A stretch of DNA of 64,000 bases from Amoebidium appalachense (GCA_963693365.1 CAVNZM010000004.1:1857449-1921448), one strand, 5' to 3'; shown: positions 17,055 to 53,255, numbered from the stretch's first letter. Notes: a model not told the origin generated them from the sequence alone. Translations and numbers: made by a program.

Positions 17055-20000
17055 ATGGGCAACCACGGGTCCAAGCGCATCATCCATTTCCGGTTCGACC
17101 AGAACAAGTCGGTGGTGCCGGAAGGGGAGCAACGACGCGATAACTTTAGTGCTGTGTTTGAGCATGCCAGCCACGCCACCGCCACCGCCCTGCAAGCAGA
17201 GCTCGAATCGCGAGGAATACACGGCGTACGGCTAGCCAGCCTACGCACCACTAGTGGCTCAACCATAGGCGTGCAAACAAACGGGCGGTTTTACCTTTCA
17301 TCGGAATCGGAGTTTCCCCCGGGCACATACACAGCGGTGCTTGTCAGAACGGGTGCCACGGTACGTGAGCTGTCGGCACCTACACCAGCGGCGCTATCGG
17401 TAGACCAGAGGGGGGATGTGGAGCGTGCACGTGTGTGCCTGTGTAGTTTACTCGCCACCCGCTCATCTGACGCGGATTTGCCGTTTGTCAAGCGAGATTC
17501 CCGCGGTGTTGATATTTTGCACGAGTCCACAGCGCCCGTTATCCAGGAATTAAACAGCAGGGGGAGCCAACATGATGTGCTTGTCTGTGCGGTCACTAGG
17601 CCTGAGGCTGCCCTTCGCTACATGGTGGCAGTTACCCCCCACACGGTGGTGGTGGCTATCGACACCAGCTCTAGCCGTCTTCTGGACGCACTTTTACAGC
17701 CCGGAAATCCTGTAAGTCTGGCGGGTCGGGCTGGGCAGGGGGGTATCTGCGACGGGGCAGCAAATGCGGCGGCAATGGCGCTAGCGACACACCTTCCTAT
17801 TTTGGCGCTTCTCAACCTGTGCCGTGTGCACGATGATGATTTGGCCACCCCCCCCAGCGGCTACCCAGCCATGATTATGAGCGACGATACCGGGTCTATG
17901 GACCAATCACCAGATGACCCAGGCACCATTAGCCGTTCACCCAGCATCGACAAGGGCAAGCCCAGGCTCAGCACAAAGACTAAGGCCAGGGAGGCACCCC
18001 GTCGGCTCATCTTCACGGGGTTTTCTGTGGCCGGGACGGTGGCGCATATGGCGGCCCTTCTGGCTCGGCACGCCGTTAACGCGCAGGCGGCTTTGGGCAA
18101 GAAGAAAAAGGCCAGTCGGAGGCTGGTCACGGTGCGCGCTGTTTCTTTCAGTGCCCCAGGGTGCACTACGGCACAGGTAGCGTCATATCTGCAGGACATG
18201 GGGAGTGCCAAGGAGCACATCAACATCAGTGCCGAGGCAGACCCCGTACCCGAGCTAGCCACCCTATGTGCTGCAGAGCACGTGGCCAGGCAGGACCTGG
18301 AAATGGCCGACCACCAAGATGCCAAGGCCCTGGCCGGGTCCGTGCATAATATCATCACCGCCGCATATGCCCGTTTGCTGCAGAAGCCCCCACCCGCCCC
18401 GCAGGTACCAGTCGACCTGTCCAAGCTGAGTGCGGCACGGACAGAAGCCAGCTCCCTAGTGCAGGTCTATGACGGTGACGGCACCCAATTGGCTGTGGCA
18501 TCCCCTGGCCAGTGCCTACTTTTGGCCGACAAGTGCCTGACCCCGGCACCGCCCGCGGACAACATCCGGCGATTGGTTGCTATTAATAGCCGCTCGCTTG
18601 GCTCCCTGGACATGCTTGCGCTTGCACACGTGTCGCCTTTGCGCACGTGCCTGTTTGAAGACACGGACATAGTGCCGCAGGAGAGGGAGGTTGGGCTGCT
18701 TCTTCAACTGGTACCGCACATTGCGCTGTGCACGGTCAAGTGCGTCAACAGCGGCATGCGTGCGGACTTTGAGGTTGTGGGCACAAATCTGGACATGGTT
18801 GTGGGCCGTAGCCCAGGCCAGGCCTACCTGTACCCCCGCTGTCCCTCATTGGAGGTTTTCACGGATGTGCCCCGCCATGATACGGCCGACCTGGCCACAC
18901 AGTATGTGAACATGTGTGCCGGGGCAGTGATTCAGGTTAAGGTGCTTCACTGCAGCCCAAAACCCGACACGGTGTTTTTCCTACGTACGGATTTTGCCGA
19001 CACGCCCGAGGCGAAAATCAGCAGCGTGAGCGAGGCGGAGACACCCCCTGTGGGGACCATGCAGTATGCACGCATGAACAACGAGGTGCTGATGACGGCG
19101 TTTCTGCGCGGATTGCTGGTCACCTTGCACACACCCCCACACCAACGGTGGTGGGTGTTGCACCGCACGCCCGGGCCTAGCAGCAGCCATACCAGCCTGG
19201 ATGGGGCCGAGGGTTCCAGGCAGATCATGCATCCTATGCTTGCAGCCATATCGGAGCTGGAAGAGATCCTCACCCGGCCGTGCCAGAGTGTTGTTCAGCG
19301 GGTGGTGCATGAGAGTATGTCCCCGGAGAAAATACTCCTGGCTCGGGTCGAGGTGCAGCCCGTAATCGAAACCATCGTCACGGCAATGAGCCAGCCCGTC
19401 GATTTGGAGTTTCAACACCGGCCCGTGCGCGCTATGCTCAAGGTCCTAGGGGGGCTGGGCATGTTTTTCGGTGCCATTTTCACCATCATTGGCGTGGTTG
19501 CGCTTCTTCCCACATTGGTTCCAGCCATACCGGTTGTGGCTATTATGCACCGCAACAACTACGAGTTCACTTGGAGCGCAGCCGCATTTGGTATTCCAGC
19601 AGTGATTCTCGCAATCCCTGGGTCATTGATCAGCGCCGTGGGGACAAGCATCTTCAAGCATGCATTTGACGCCTGGGCTGACCCCCCCAGTAGGCAGTAC
19701 ATGACCATGCTTAAGACTATTTTGCGCATCATCAATGGCGACCCCTCGTGCGTGCTGGAGGAGGTACCGACCTTGGAAACGGCAATTTGCGAGGCTGCAG
19801 CCGGGTTTTGCCTCCCGGCAAACCCCTGCACATGGCACGGGAGGGAGAGATCAAGGAGTGTTTAGACGGGCTGCTTCTGGGCCGGGACAAGCGGGATCGG
19901 GCCGACCCAAACTTGTACTGCCAGATGCTCGAGCGGTCTCGCAGAGATGTGGCCCGCTGGCTGGCTGCAGTGGGTCGCCTGGCCCTGATTCGCCGCCACC

Positions 20001-20984
20001 TACACTCACACATCCTCATCTCATTCGTGGGTATGTTAACCCCACCTTCCCCTTCCCCCCCCCCCCCCCCCCCCCCCCTCCCCCCTCCCTTCCCTACATG
20101 CCCTCCTCCCTTCCACACACACTCACACACATGCTTACCCCCCCCCCCCCCCCCCCACCCTCACACACACATGCACAGTCTCCCCCCCCCCCCCCCCCCC
20201 CCCCCCCTCCCCCCCACATTCTCCCCCCTGGTTGTTCGGTTTTTGATGGCAGTTTTCTCCCCTATCCACTAATTTCCTTTACCTTGTCGTTCCTGTTTTT
20301 TCTGTGCCCCCGTTCCACCCTCCCCTCACTGAAGCGGAACTATTTCTTTCTTCCTGTTGTCGTATTCTAGGTTCCCTGTATTATGAACATTGTTGCCCCT
20401 CCCCCCTCCCCCTCCTCCCCTCCCCCCCGCCCCCTTTCTTTTTCCGGGAGCCTCTCTCATTATGTGCCATTCAAAGCCCCCCCCCTCCCCCCCCCCCGGT
20501 CCCCCTCCCCCCCCCTCCCCCCTGTACCCGCTGATTTGTAGTTTGCAGATGTCCACTCTTGTTGTCCCCCCCCCCCCCCCCCCCCCTCCCCCACCCACAG
20601 ACATGCCTTCTAATACCCATTTTTGGCTTTGCCGCCCCGGATCCCAACCCCCCTTCATCCCCCGTTCCTGCCTCCCCCCACCCCCTCCCCCCTCCCCCCT
20701 CCTCCTCCCCCCATCTCCCCTCACTCCCCCGTCCCCCCCCCCCCCCCTCCCCCCCCCCCCCCCCCCGCCCCACCCCCCCCATCCCCCCCGCTTGCCCACT
20801 CCTTCTCCCCCAAAACATCACCACCACCTCCGGCACGGCAACCGCCAACCCCCCCCCCCCCCCCCCCTCCCCCTGCCTATTCCCGTTTTAACAGATGAAA
20901 CAAGCTTGCCACTGTTTCAAGCCACCTTCGTTTCTCTCCTCACTCCTTTCTGCATGTGCCTGTGTGCACAACACTAAAACAATC

Positions 20985-21019
<35 letters not shown>

Positions 21020-21913
21020 CTCCCGCCTTTTATGACGTTTCGTGTTTTGTCTTTTTATGTCTATCTCCTTTCTTCTAATTCTAACCCTCTCATCCATTCC
21101 TCCCCCACCTCCCCCCCCCCCCCCCCCCCCCCCCTCTTTCCCCTCCTCCTCCTCCCTTCTCCTTCCCCTCCTCCCAACCCACCCTCCCCTTCCCCTCCAC
21201 CCGTCCTCCCCCTTCCCCCTTTTACCCTCCTTCCCCTCCCCCTCCCCTTCTCCGCTCCTCCCCCCTCCCCGCCCCACCTCCCCAACCCGCAACACTTGCA
21301 GGGGTGCACAATGCCGGCAAGTCGTTCTGGCTCAGCAAGCTGTTTGGTGTCGAGGCCATGAGCAGCATGAACGACCGCACAGAAAAGGTCGAACTCTTTC
21401 ACCTTGCCAGCCCCTCAGACCCAAACGCTACAACAACAACATCCGACCCAACGGATAGTGAGGCGGTGGGGGAACTGTGTGTTGATGTGGTGGATTTTCC
21501 TGGCACGTCGGATGAGAGGAGGGCTATGGCGATGCTGACGGAGCAACTGGCGTGCATCACTACGCTGTTTGTGTGCGTGTTCAAGTTTGGCCATATTGCT
21601 GGACCGGAGAGGAGTGTTATTGATCAGCTGCAGGCTGCTGGTGGGTGATGGTGCACGTGTGAGGGAGTGTGTGTGTGTGTGTGTTTATGGGAGAGAGGGG
21701 GGGGGGGGGGAGGGAGGGAGGGAGGGGAGAGAGGGAGGGGGGGGATGGGGGGGGGGGGGGAAGGGGGGCATGTGTGGGTGTGAGGATGTGCATGTGTGTG
21801 TGTGTAGGGGGGGAGGTGTGTTGGATGGACGCAGGGATGTGTGTAATTGTGTGGTGTGTGCGTGTGCGCATGTTTGCATTTGGGTGTGTAAGCGGGTGTG
21901 CGACTGAGTGTGT

Positions 21914-21944
<31 letters not shown>

Positions 21945-22071
21945 GGGGGGGGGGCTGCATGCCAAGGTGTGCTGGGTGGTTGGGTGGGTGGGTGTGTCCC
22001 ATACACATGTGTGTGGATGTGAAAGTAAAGGGGTGAAGGGACAAAGAGGAGGTGAAGGTTTTTTTTTTTTT

Positions 22072-22112
<41 letters not shown>

Positions 22113-25100
22113 TTCTGGTGGTGTAATGTTGCACGTGTATGTCTTTGCGGATGATTCGTCGGACGTGGATGTGTGTCTGTTTGGAAGGTTGGTGCTCTAC
22201 CTGGGTCTATTGAGTGTGTGTTTGAGATCGTGTATGAATTCATGCTTCCACGCGCGCCTGCATTGACACAAGACTGAAGTTAATTCCTATATTTGTGTGG
22301 GTAATTTCTGTATAAGTGGGCATTTGCCCCCTCCCTCCCCCCCCCCCCCCCCCCCCTCACCACCTCATCCCCCTCTCCCGCTTCCCCCCCCCCCCCTCCC
22401 CCCTTCCCCCGGGGCACAGTTCACACAATCAAATTCCATGTGTTCCCCTTCCTTGCCCTTCCTTTCCTTATGTTGCCCGTCTTTTTTGTTCCCTGTATTT
22501 TAACCTCAGCTGAAATGCCCAAATCGGTGGTCATAACACTATTGCACATTCTGATGTTATGGACACAGCAGCACCTGTGCACTACAGTAGCCCTTTCATT
22601 CATTTACCCTCTCAACGTATCACTTCTGGTTATGCCAAATTCCCCCCCCCCCCCCCCCCCCTTCCCCCCAATCCTACCCCCCTCCCCCCCCCCCCCCCGC
22701 CCCCTCCCCTTCTGGTTATACCACGTTCTGTTGCCTCCCCTTCCCCCCCTCCCCCTCCCCCCCCCCCCCCCCCCGGGGCGCTTTCCTCCCCCCCTACCTC
22801 TGCTATTTCGATGTATCCCCATCAATATGCCAAAACACCATCATTTCTTCACCATCACACTATGCAATCACTCACATTAAAAACCTTCACACAGGCAAAC
22901 GGGAATACATCGTTCTGATCAACCAGACCTCCCGTTTCCCCGAGTTCACCCCTGACACGGAGCACATCTACCGCGACAACTACGCCCGCACCCTCGGTGT
23001 TCCCCCGCAAGTCATCATTTTCGTTGACGGCAACAAATCAGACCGTGTAGAGTATGTGCGTCAAGAACTATTTGGGTGTCTTCAGTTGTATGTTTCTGAC
23101 CAGCAACATGGGCTCCTAGCCACAAGTCTGTTGCATTCTGACGTGCGCAGTGCACTTAGGGCCGACCCTCAACTGGCAGCAAGCTGGGATAGTGCCATGA
23201 TGGCTGTGGCCCAGGCATATGCTCAGACTCAAGTCGTCACTGTGCCTGTAAGTGCCCCCCCCCCCCCCCCCCCCCCCCCTTCTCCTCTCTCTCCCTTCCC
23301 CCTCCCTCTGGTAGTGCATCTGCCCAGACCTGTGTGCACACAGCCATATACTAAACACAAAATGTGCAACCTTCTACCAATAGTTTGTGACCGTCAACAA
23401 TGTTTTCTTTTTGCTGGGGAACACGTAGCATCATATCGGTATCCCTCTGAAAGTGGGTGGGTGGTACGGTGCATATGGTGTATGCCTGTGTGTGTACCTG
23501 TTCGTGCATGTTTGTGTGTGGGATGCCTGGTGGCGATGGATGGGGGAGGGGGGAAGATGTGTGTAGGTGTGTGTTTTGGGATGGGGGGGGGGGGGGGGGG
23601 GGGTGAAGAAGACAGAAAGGAGGGAGATCTCTAGAATTTGAATAGTTATTATTTACACCACATCCAAGCATACCCATTGGCTATTTCTGATGGTTATCTA
23701 TTCCCCCCCCCCCCCCCCCCCCACCCCATCCCCCACCGCCGTTTCCCTCCTTTCACCCACCTACCAACACGTCCACAACATAATTCCCCATGGTCTGCTC
23801 CTCCCTCTCCCCCCCCATCCCCCCCCCCCCCCCCCCCCCCCCCCCACACACACCCTTCCCCCCCCCCCCCCCCCATCCATGCTTCCACACTCCCTGTCTT
23901 TTGTTCTCTTGAAACCCCTACCTCTACCCCCTCCTTCGCTCTCTTTCCCCCTCTTCCCCCCCCTCCCCCCCCCTCCCTCCCCCTTCTCCTCTCCACCCCC
24001 CCCCCCCCCCCTTCCACTTTCTCTCCCCTCTCCCCCTTTCTCCCCGCCCCCCCCCCCCCCACCCCCTTGCAGTGGATCAAGCAGCAGGTCGGGCAGGGCA
24101 CCACATGGTCACGCATCTACGAGCCCCACCTGTCCCCATCGTGGAACCTCAGCAGCCCCAGCCTGCTCCTTGCCGAGGGGGCAGCCTGCAGCACCTATGA
24201 CCCTGACGTGGTCGAGGTACTGCTTGCAATGGGCTACCGTCAGGCCCACGTCATCACCCTCTTGCGCCTGTGCCCCATCCCACCATTTGTGGATGTAGAA
24301 GAACTAAATTCGGGTTCGTTGGGGTCTGGAAGCGTGGCGGTGTCGCGGGGAGAAAACACGGATGTAAACAAAAGCACAAGGCGGAAATGGTCGATTACTG
24401 GGTGGGTGGTGTCTATGATGCCCTCACTAGCCGACACGGTGAGGAGGTATGAGGAGATGGGATTTGAGGAGGCGGCGGTGTTGAAGGGGATTGACGTGTT
24501 GGCGTCGACTCCGGAAGGGAAACGAACGTGGAACCCGGAGTCGCAGAAACTTCCTGAGCCACCCAGCGTGTTTTTGGACGCGCTCACCGATTTGCTTCTT
24601 TCCTGCCAGGACACGCCTGCGGAGAAGCAAAGCACAAACAGCGGCTTGCTGGTTGAAATCCCCAGCCAGCATTTTACCGACACGGAAATGTTAGCGATAC
24701 TCACACGAAACGCACGGTTTAAGGTGGTGGAGCCGGTAGATGCCAGCCAAGGGGCATATGCGGCGATGGGGTTTAACGAGAGTATGGATACGGAGGAGAG
24801 GGTGAAGTTGTTTAAGGTGGCACTGCTGGAAAGGCGCATCAACACAAAACGTCGCACGGTTCCTGTGTACAGAGATCAGAACGGCAGCGTGGTGTCTTCT
24901 CTCTTAGCGGCTATTTTGTGTTTGGATGCGGAAGTGGTTAAAGACGGGATCAAACTGTCGATTGCAAAAGACAAAGCCGTGGACGCAGGCGGTGTTTTAA
25001 AAAGCGCCCTGACAGACGTCGCGGCATATCTTCGCGCCGGCAACCACCCCATGTTCCGCCCCCACCCCCAGCGGGGAAGTGTATTTCAGTGCGCAGGGGT

Positions 25101-25948
25101 ACGTGGACAAAGCAGACGCCATATCAGCCTACACCGCCATCGGCCGACTGGTGGGTATATGTCTTCAAAACATCGGCGAGTGCAGTCTTCCCCACTGCTT
25201 CCCTGTTGCTGTGTTCCGCGCCATTCTCGGTGAGCCGCTCGGGATATCAGATCTTGAGACCTTAGATGAAGACCTTGCCCGGGGCATACGTTCCATGTGT
25301 CTTTTGGACGCACCCACCTTCGATACTCTCGGTCAGACATTTAGCGTCACAGCGCCCATTCGTCCGGTTGGCTGGCAGACGGCTGAATCCACCCCCGGCC
25401 CCCAGCTGGCTAGTTTCGATCTTGCGCCCCGGGGGAGTAACACGGAGGTTACGGCAGCAACACGGCTTCCTTTTCTCCTCGGGTACACGTGGTTTAGTCT
25501 GGGCCGGTGCCTTCCCCTGCATGCCTTTGTGCTGGGGGTTAGCCAGGCATGCCCACGTGATCTCCTGTCTGTGTTCACCCCTGCCATGCTGCAAGTGGCC
25601 GTCAACGGTGCCGGGAGCATTGATTTTGCGGCGATTCGCGCACAGTCAAGCACACTCCCTAGCGAAGGGGGACCCCAGGTGGATTGGTTCTATGAGGTTG
25701 CAGAGTCTTTGCCCAAAGAAGACCAGGCCCTTCTGTTGGTTTTCATCACCGGCTCGTCTGTACCACCCATTGGAGGGCTGTCTATCTGTGTGAAGCTGTT
25801 GCCTAAGGCTGCACCCGATGCACTGCCCGTGTCCCATACGTGTGTGAATATGCTGGATTTGCCACCGTATCCAAGTAAGGAGGTGTTGCAGGAGAGGTTG
25901 CTGTATGCTGTGAGGAATACCGCTACTACGCAGTTTGGAAAGGTGTAG
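17055..25948 (+). CDS. Multidomain HECT E3 ubiquitin ligase: lipase class 3-like domain + TM hairpin + P-loop GTPase + UBA-like repeats + HECT (~1850 aa)
   Basis: Exons 17055-20030, 21302-21640, 22895-23247, 24073-25948 with phase-compatible GT-AG sites; two 1-nt homopolymer frameshifts (~19806-19809, ~25059-25069). Motifs: LIFTGFSVAG, VSFSAP, ADPVP (lipase); ISFVG|VHNAGKS, VDVVDFPG, IVLINQ (GTPase G1/G3/G4-like); LAMGY, EEMGF (UBA-like); AVDAGGV, LLVFITGS, LPVSHTCVNMLDLPPYPSKEVLQERLLYAV...FGKV (HECT with catalytic Cys). Confidence 0.85.
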
Positions 25949-26018
25949 GTGTGTGGTGTTATTGGAGTGTAGGGTGTTGTGGTTTTTGTGATTGCTAAAA
26001 GGAATGCGGATAAGTAGG

Positions 26019-26205
<187 letters not shown>

Positions 26206-26812
26206 CATGCACCCATGCGCACACGCAGGCACAGAGACATGGCACATACAGACATGGACATCAACAGCAGGTGCAGGTGTACACTTATCTAGTGCTACAT
26301 CTGTTTTACTATCCCTGGGGCACAGAGTTAGGGAAAGTTGTATGAATGGTAGTTGCTAATATTAGAAGAGATCATTCCCTATGCCTCGAAATGATAAGTA
26401 GGAGACTGATCTGCTGTCATGCCCTCGTTTCAGACAGGCTTTCATTTTCATCATGTTATTATCGTTCTGATCAAATCATTTTTCTTGTAATTGCTAGCAT
26501 TATTGTTGTTGGTTATTGTCAATGGTTTTAACTATCATACACATTGTGGCTATCTTTGTTGTAATGAATTTTACCGTTATCAGACCAAGTATTATAATTA
26601 TAACGTCTTATCCTTCACTTCCACCAGAGAAGTCTGTGGACAGCTCCTTGAAGTCGAAATCATGATTATTTGAATTTGTACAAGTACCGCCTAAGGAGTA
26701 TCATCGTTGGGCAAAGTAATTCGACAGTTCATGTTTCCCGGGGAGGAGGCCTCCGGAGGGGTGGGGGGATGGGGGAGGAGGTGGTGTTTGCGCGTATGTG
26801 TGTGGGTGTGTG

Positions 26813-26849
<37 letters not shown>

Positions 26850-27100
26850 GGGGGGAGGGGGAGGTGGTGTGGCGTGTGTGTGTGTTGGGGGCAGCCGGTG
26901 CAGTCTTGATCAATAGAAGCGCGAACATGGTGGAACGGCGTGAGCCATTAAGAGCCACTGCTGATTGGCCAGAAATGGAATGCATCATCAATGAGAAGTC
27001 CCACATGCAATGCACACCGTTTCTTCAGTTTACATACACGAGTTCGCAATTGAATTCTTGAAGTCTTTGGATAACTATATAAGGTTCGTTGGTATGATCT

Positions 27101-27143
27101 GATTGGTTGTGCTTTACGGTTTACGGTTTACGGTTGTGATTGG
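27101..27143. promoter_or_regulatory. Putative promoter elements of the NOV-like gene
   Basis: Two inverted CCAAT boxes (GATTGG) flanking three tandem TTTACGG copies, ~600 nt upstream of ATG 27738. Confidence 0.3.
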
Positions 27144-27737
27144 ACCAGAGCACTAATGTACAGCCCAGAAAGGGCAATATAAGCCCGGTTTCACCTAGAA
27201 AACAGGTTTTTATCAACTAGCAAAAGTTATTGGAAATAAAGAAACGCGCAATAATGAGATATGGAGTCGCAGTGGTCCAACGCGTCCTTCACCGTCAAAA
27301 TCGACCAAAACCGCCTGGGTGTGGGGCGCCGACCGCGGCGGCGGCCGACTCTTGGGCTGATCGTCTACGACAAAATCATCGTTTTTGCTTGTTCTGACCA
27401 TTAAATAAGCGCCGGACACCCCATGTTGCTTATATTAAAAATGTGTGTCGCTTTGTTTGTCAAGCTATTAATTAGGCGGCCAAAGCCTGTTTTCTATTCA
27501 TATTTTCGACCTTAAAGCCCTTACATGGTTTTTGGACCACAGCCATTGAGACAAGCGACCGTAAAAATTGCCGCGGCTCATTTTGAAGCGATGCAATCAG
27601 ATTTGAACCACTACTTAGTGATTGCGAACTCGTGTATACTCTCGCTTTGTGCATGGCACAATCCTAGGAACAACCATCCTGCTAGTCAGTGTTCGTCCCG
27701 ACTCCCCAAAGAGATGTGTAGATAGGGGCCAGGCAGT

Positions 27738-50227
<22,490 letters not shown>

Positions 50228-51705
50228 TTTTTGGATGTATTTGGTTTTATTGTTTTGCTCTCGGCCTTGCTACTGAATGAGAATATGGCATTGCGTTTTC
50301 AACAGGTTGTCACCGTTTTTTTTTTTTTGTTTTGTTTTTGTTTTTTTTGTTTGTTTGTTTGTTTGTTTGTTTCTCAGTGATAATCAATAGCTCGGGATGT
50401 TCAGTTGTCCACATAATTGTGGATGGATGTATGTGCATGAAGTTTGATTTATTTACGTGTGCGTGCAAATATAGGGCTAGAACTGTCAAAGCATAAACTA
50501 CCATCATTTCAAATCCGAAAGAAGGTTGTAGCACAGTGTTTTTGAGGTTTGTACTCGTTGGCTTGACAATGTCCTTGCTCGAGATATCCGGATCCATTTT
50601 GGCGCAAAGAATCGATGGGAATAATGGTCAGTTTTCGAGTTTTGCTATCGCTGCTGAGATTACCGCTGAGCTCGAGTATCACCCCCCCCCCCCCCCCCCC
50701 CCCCCCCCGATCCCGAGGCCTCCCCCCGCAGAAAAAAAATGACAGACCACATATACAGAATGTGTCTTACGTCATCTCACTCATTGCAATGAGAAAACGA
50801 TCACAGACACCCTCCACGTGCCCTCTAACTACCCACCCCTGAACCCGCATAGCTAGCCACACATCCACCCGTAGCACGCGCACTATGTCATCGCTATACA
50901 CAACGAAGTGCTCAATGTTGTGAAACGGAAATTCGAACCGAAATGTTACAGTTCAGCCCCTAGCACCGCATGCATATGCATGTCAAAGTGCATGCTGATT
51001 GCAATCACTAGGTCCAGGACCTGCAATCGAAACTAAAACCCTTCCAAAACTTTGATGTGATTCCAGTTTTTTTTTGCCTGTTGTTTGGGTACATGTACAT
51101 ACATTCTAATTGTATTCGAATCCTAGATCTACCCGTCGTGATCATGAAGGTGGAAGACTGATCGAACATCCGGAGAATGTCCGGCGTGTCGGGCTATGTA
51201 TACCTCTTTTCGTCCCAGCTCGCACATATTTATGTTTGTGAGACACAGCGGTTTATGTATTGCATGACTGCATGCACATGTACACATGCGTATTAGTCAG
51301 TGTGGATATATGCATGTGTGTATCATTTTCGGCACAGCCAACAAAAGTAATATAAAACAGTGTGGTGCTTCGTTTACGTACATATTCACAATTACTTCTA
51401 TTTGCACGAAGTAACCTTTGTTATGTCATCGCTACGGCGGCCCTTTCAGAGCGTGCAGCACACACGTGCTTCTCTTGAACATGTATCATGGCATACATTC
51501 TCGACAGGAATGGGCAGGAATGGGTCAACGCACCACACATGTACATGTGATATGTCTCTGTGGTGCACTTTGTGAAGTGCAGCTAATTACTATGCATATT
51601 GTTGGGTCTGAGACAAACACGGAAGCATTTTTTTACGCCGTAACCTTAGAACAGTGTTTCACGCATGATTGTTGCTATTAAATATTAGATTATTGATGTA
51701 CTGAA

Positions 51706-51710
<5 letters not shown>

Positions 51711-51754
<44 letters not shown>

Positions 51755-51934
51755 GTTTTGTTCCCGGAGGGCCTTTTCAGGCCCTCGAGGGAAACTACCG
51801 TCTACCACACAGCACCGACAGTACACTAGTTAAGGTGCTATCTATGAGTTCAGCTAAGCTAAACCATCCTTCACAACCTAACTATAAGTACACACTTTGT
51901 CCGGGGCTACTACCCCAGCCACGCCGGCAGGAGT
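51711..51934 (-). mobile_element. Short non-LTR retroposon (SINE or 5'-truncated LINE) with poly-A tail and 14-bp TSD
   Basis: TGTACTGAATAGCT at 51697-51710 and 51935-51948; ~37-nt poly-T on + strand next to the left copy; hairpin GAGGGCC-N6-GGCCCTC near the 3' end. Confidence 0.85.
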
Positions 51935-53255
51935 TGTACTGAATAGCTAACAAGCGGTGTTACCGCATGTATTGTTGCTAAAGAGGGTCGGAGGTCCCCA
52001 CACCCCAATGCATATTTATTGATGCGCCCTTAAACCCCAAAACCGTTCTCCGGGGGCTATTCTAGCTCTCTCACTCACGTGATCCAGCAAGACGGGTACC
52101 GTGAGCAGGCTTTATACCGTAGCTGCATGAGCAACGACAAAAAGGCACACAAGATTCAAACTCCATTTATAGGCTAACTATTCACTAAACATAATGTTTA
52201 TGTAGACAAGTATACTTCAGGCACAAGAACGGTTGAACTCACAACCCATGCCATTCACAACCCGTTTTCTGTGTACGACACAGGCTGTGCACATGTGGTC
52301 CGTCGCGCCAGTCTAAGACAATAACGAGAAAAACAAACAGTCTTTTTGGAATTTCAACCTCTAAAAGCAACTGCTTGTTCCTGCTGTCCCCCAAATTACT
52401 TTCAGGTTGCCTCTGCTACCTCGTGCATGCTCTCTTTCGTCTTGCTTTTTCATTAATTTCTTCGAACTCGGCAAAGATAGCAATGACCACACTGGGATAA
52501 TATCCCCATGAAACATAAAACTATATGTAAATGATCTACGCCACCCATAATATACACCATCATGCACTACCCCATCCTCTTTGCTATCCTGCACCTCATG
52601 TGCATGGTTAGCGCCCAGCTTGACCCCACGGCCGCACTAACACCCACCACCCAGCTGACAAGCGTAACTTCCACACCACCGCCTGCTACATCTATTACAT
52701 CTACTACCGCACCAGTGATTGCATCCCCCACAGGAACCACTGCAGGCAACACAACAACAACAGCACCCAAACCAACAATAACAAAGGCCGCTCCGACACC
52801 AAAACCAATCGTAGAGCGGCCGCTTGGGTATTTTGGAGATTTTATGAACGACCGTCTGTGCAAGAAATCTTCGGAACCGCTTTTAAAATGCTGCCATGTA
52901 GCATACAGGAACAACTCACTAAACGGTACCATGCCAGATGTGTTTGTATACGAGTTGCCTGAGGTAGATCCAGACAATCTTACCGGGATTTTTGATGGGT
53001 CGATGCCAATAATTGACACGGGGCGGCAACTTAATAACGGGACCATTGGATTGGTGGATTATAATGCTCACGCAAAGTACAAAACCTTGTACATGTAGGT
53101 AGCCCTGGTTGGTTGGCTTCATTCCGAACCCTCCTCCCCGCTCCCTCTTTACCATCTCTCCAGTCCCCTCAAGCGCACGCGAACATACCATCCCGGCGTC
53201 CCATTATGTTTTGCATGCGCACGCGCGCACACATGCATACACACACGCACATACT

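Noticed and set aside
19800-19812. GGGTTTT as a programmed -1 frameshift site in the HECT gene
   Set aside because: The heptamer is not in X_XXY_YYZ phase with the upstream frame (codons GGG TTT TGC); a 1-nt homopolymer indel is simpler, as at ~25060.
17004-19865. 953-aa ORF as a stand-alone gene, with 23638-25233 and 25079-25948 as separate genes
   Set aside because: Protein-like sequence continues across the frameshifts, and the phase-compatible introns rebuild an intact P-loop and HECT domain.
53096-53098. TAG ending a 178-aa secreted protein (52562-53098)
   Set aside because: The TAG overlaps a GTAGGT splice donor at 53095, and downstream exons continue the receptor.
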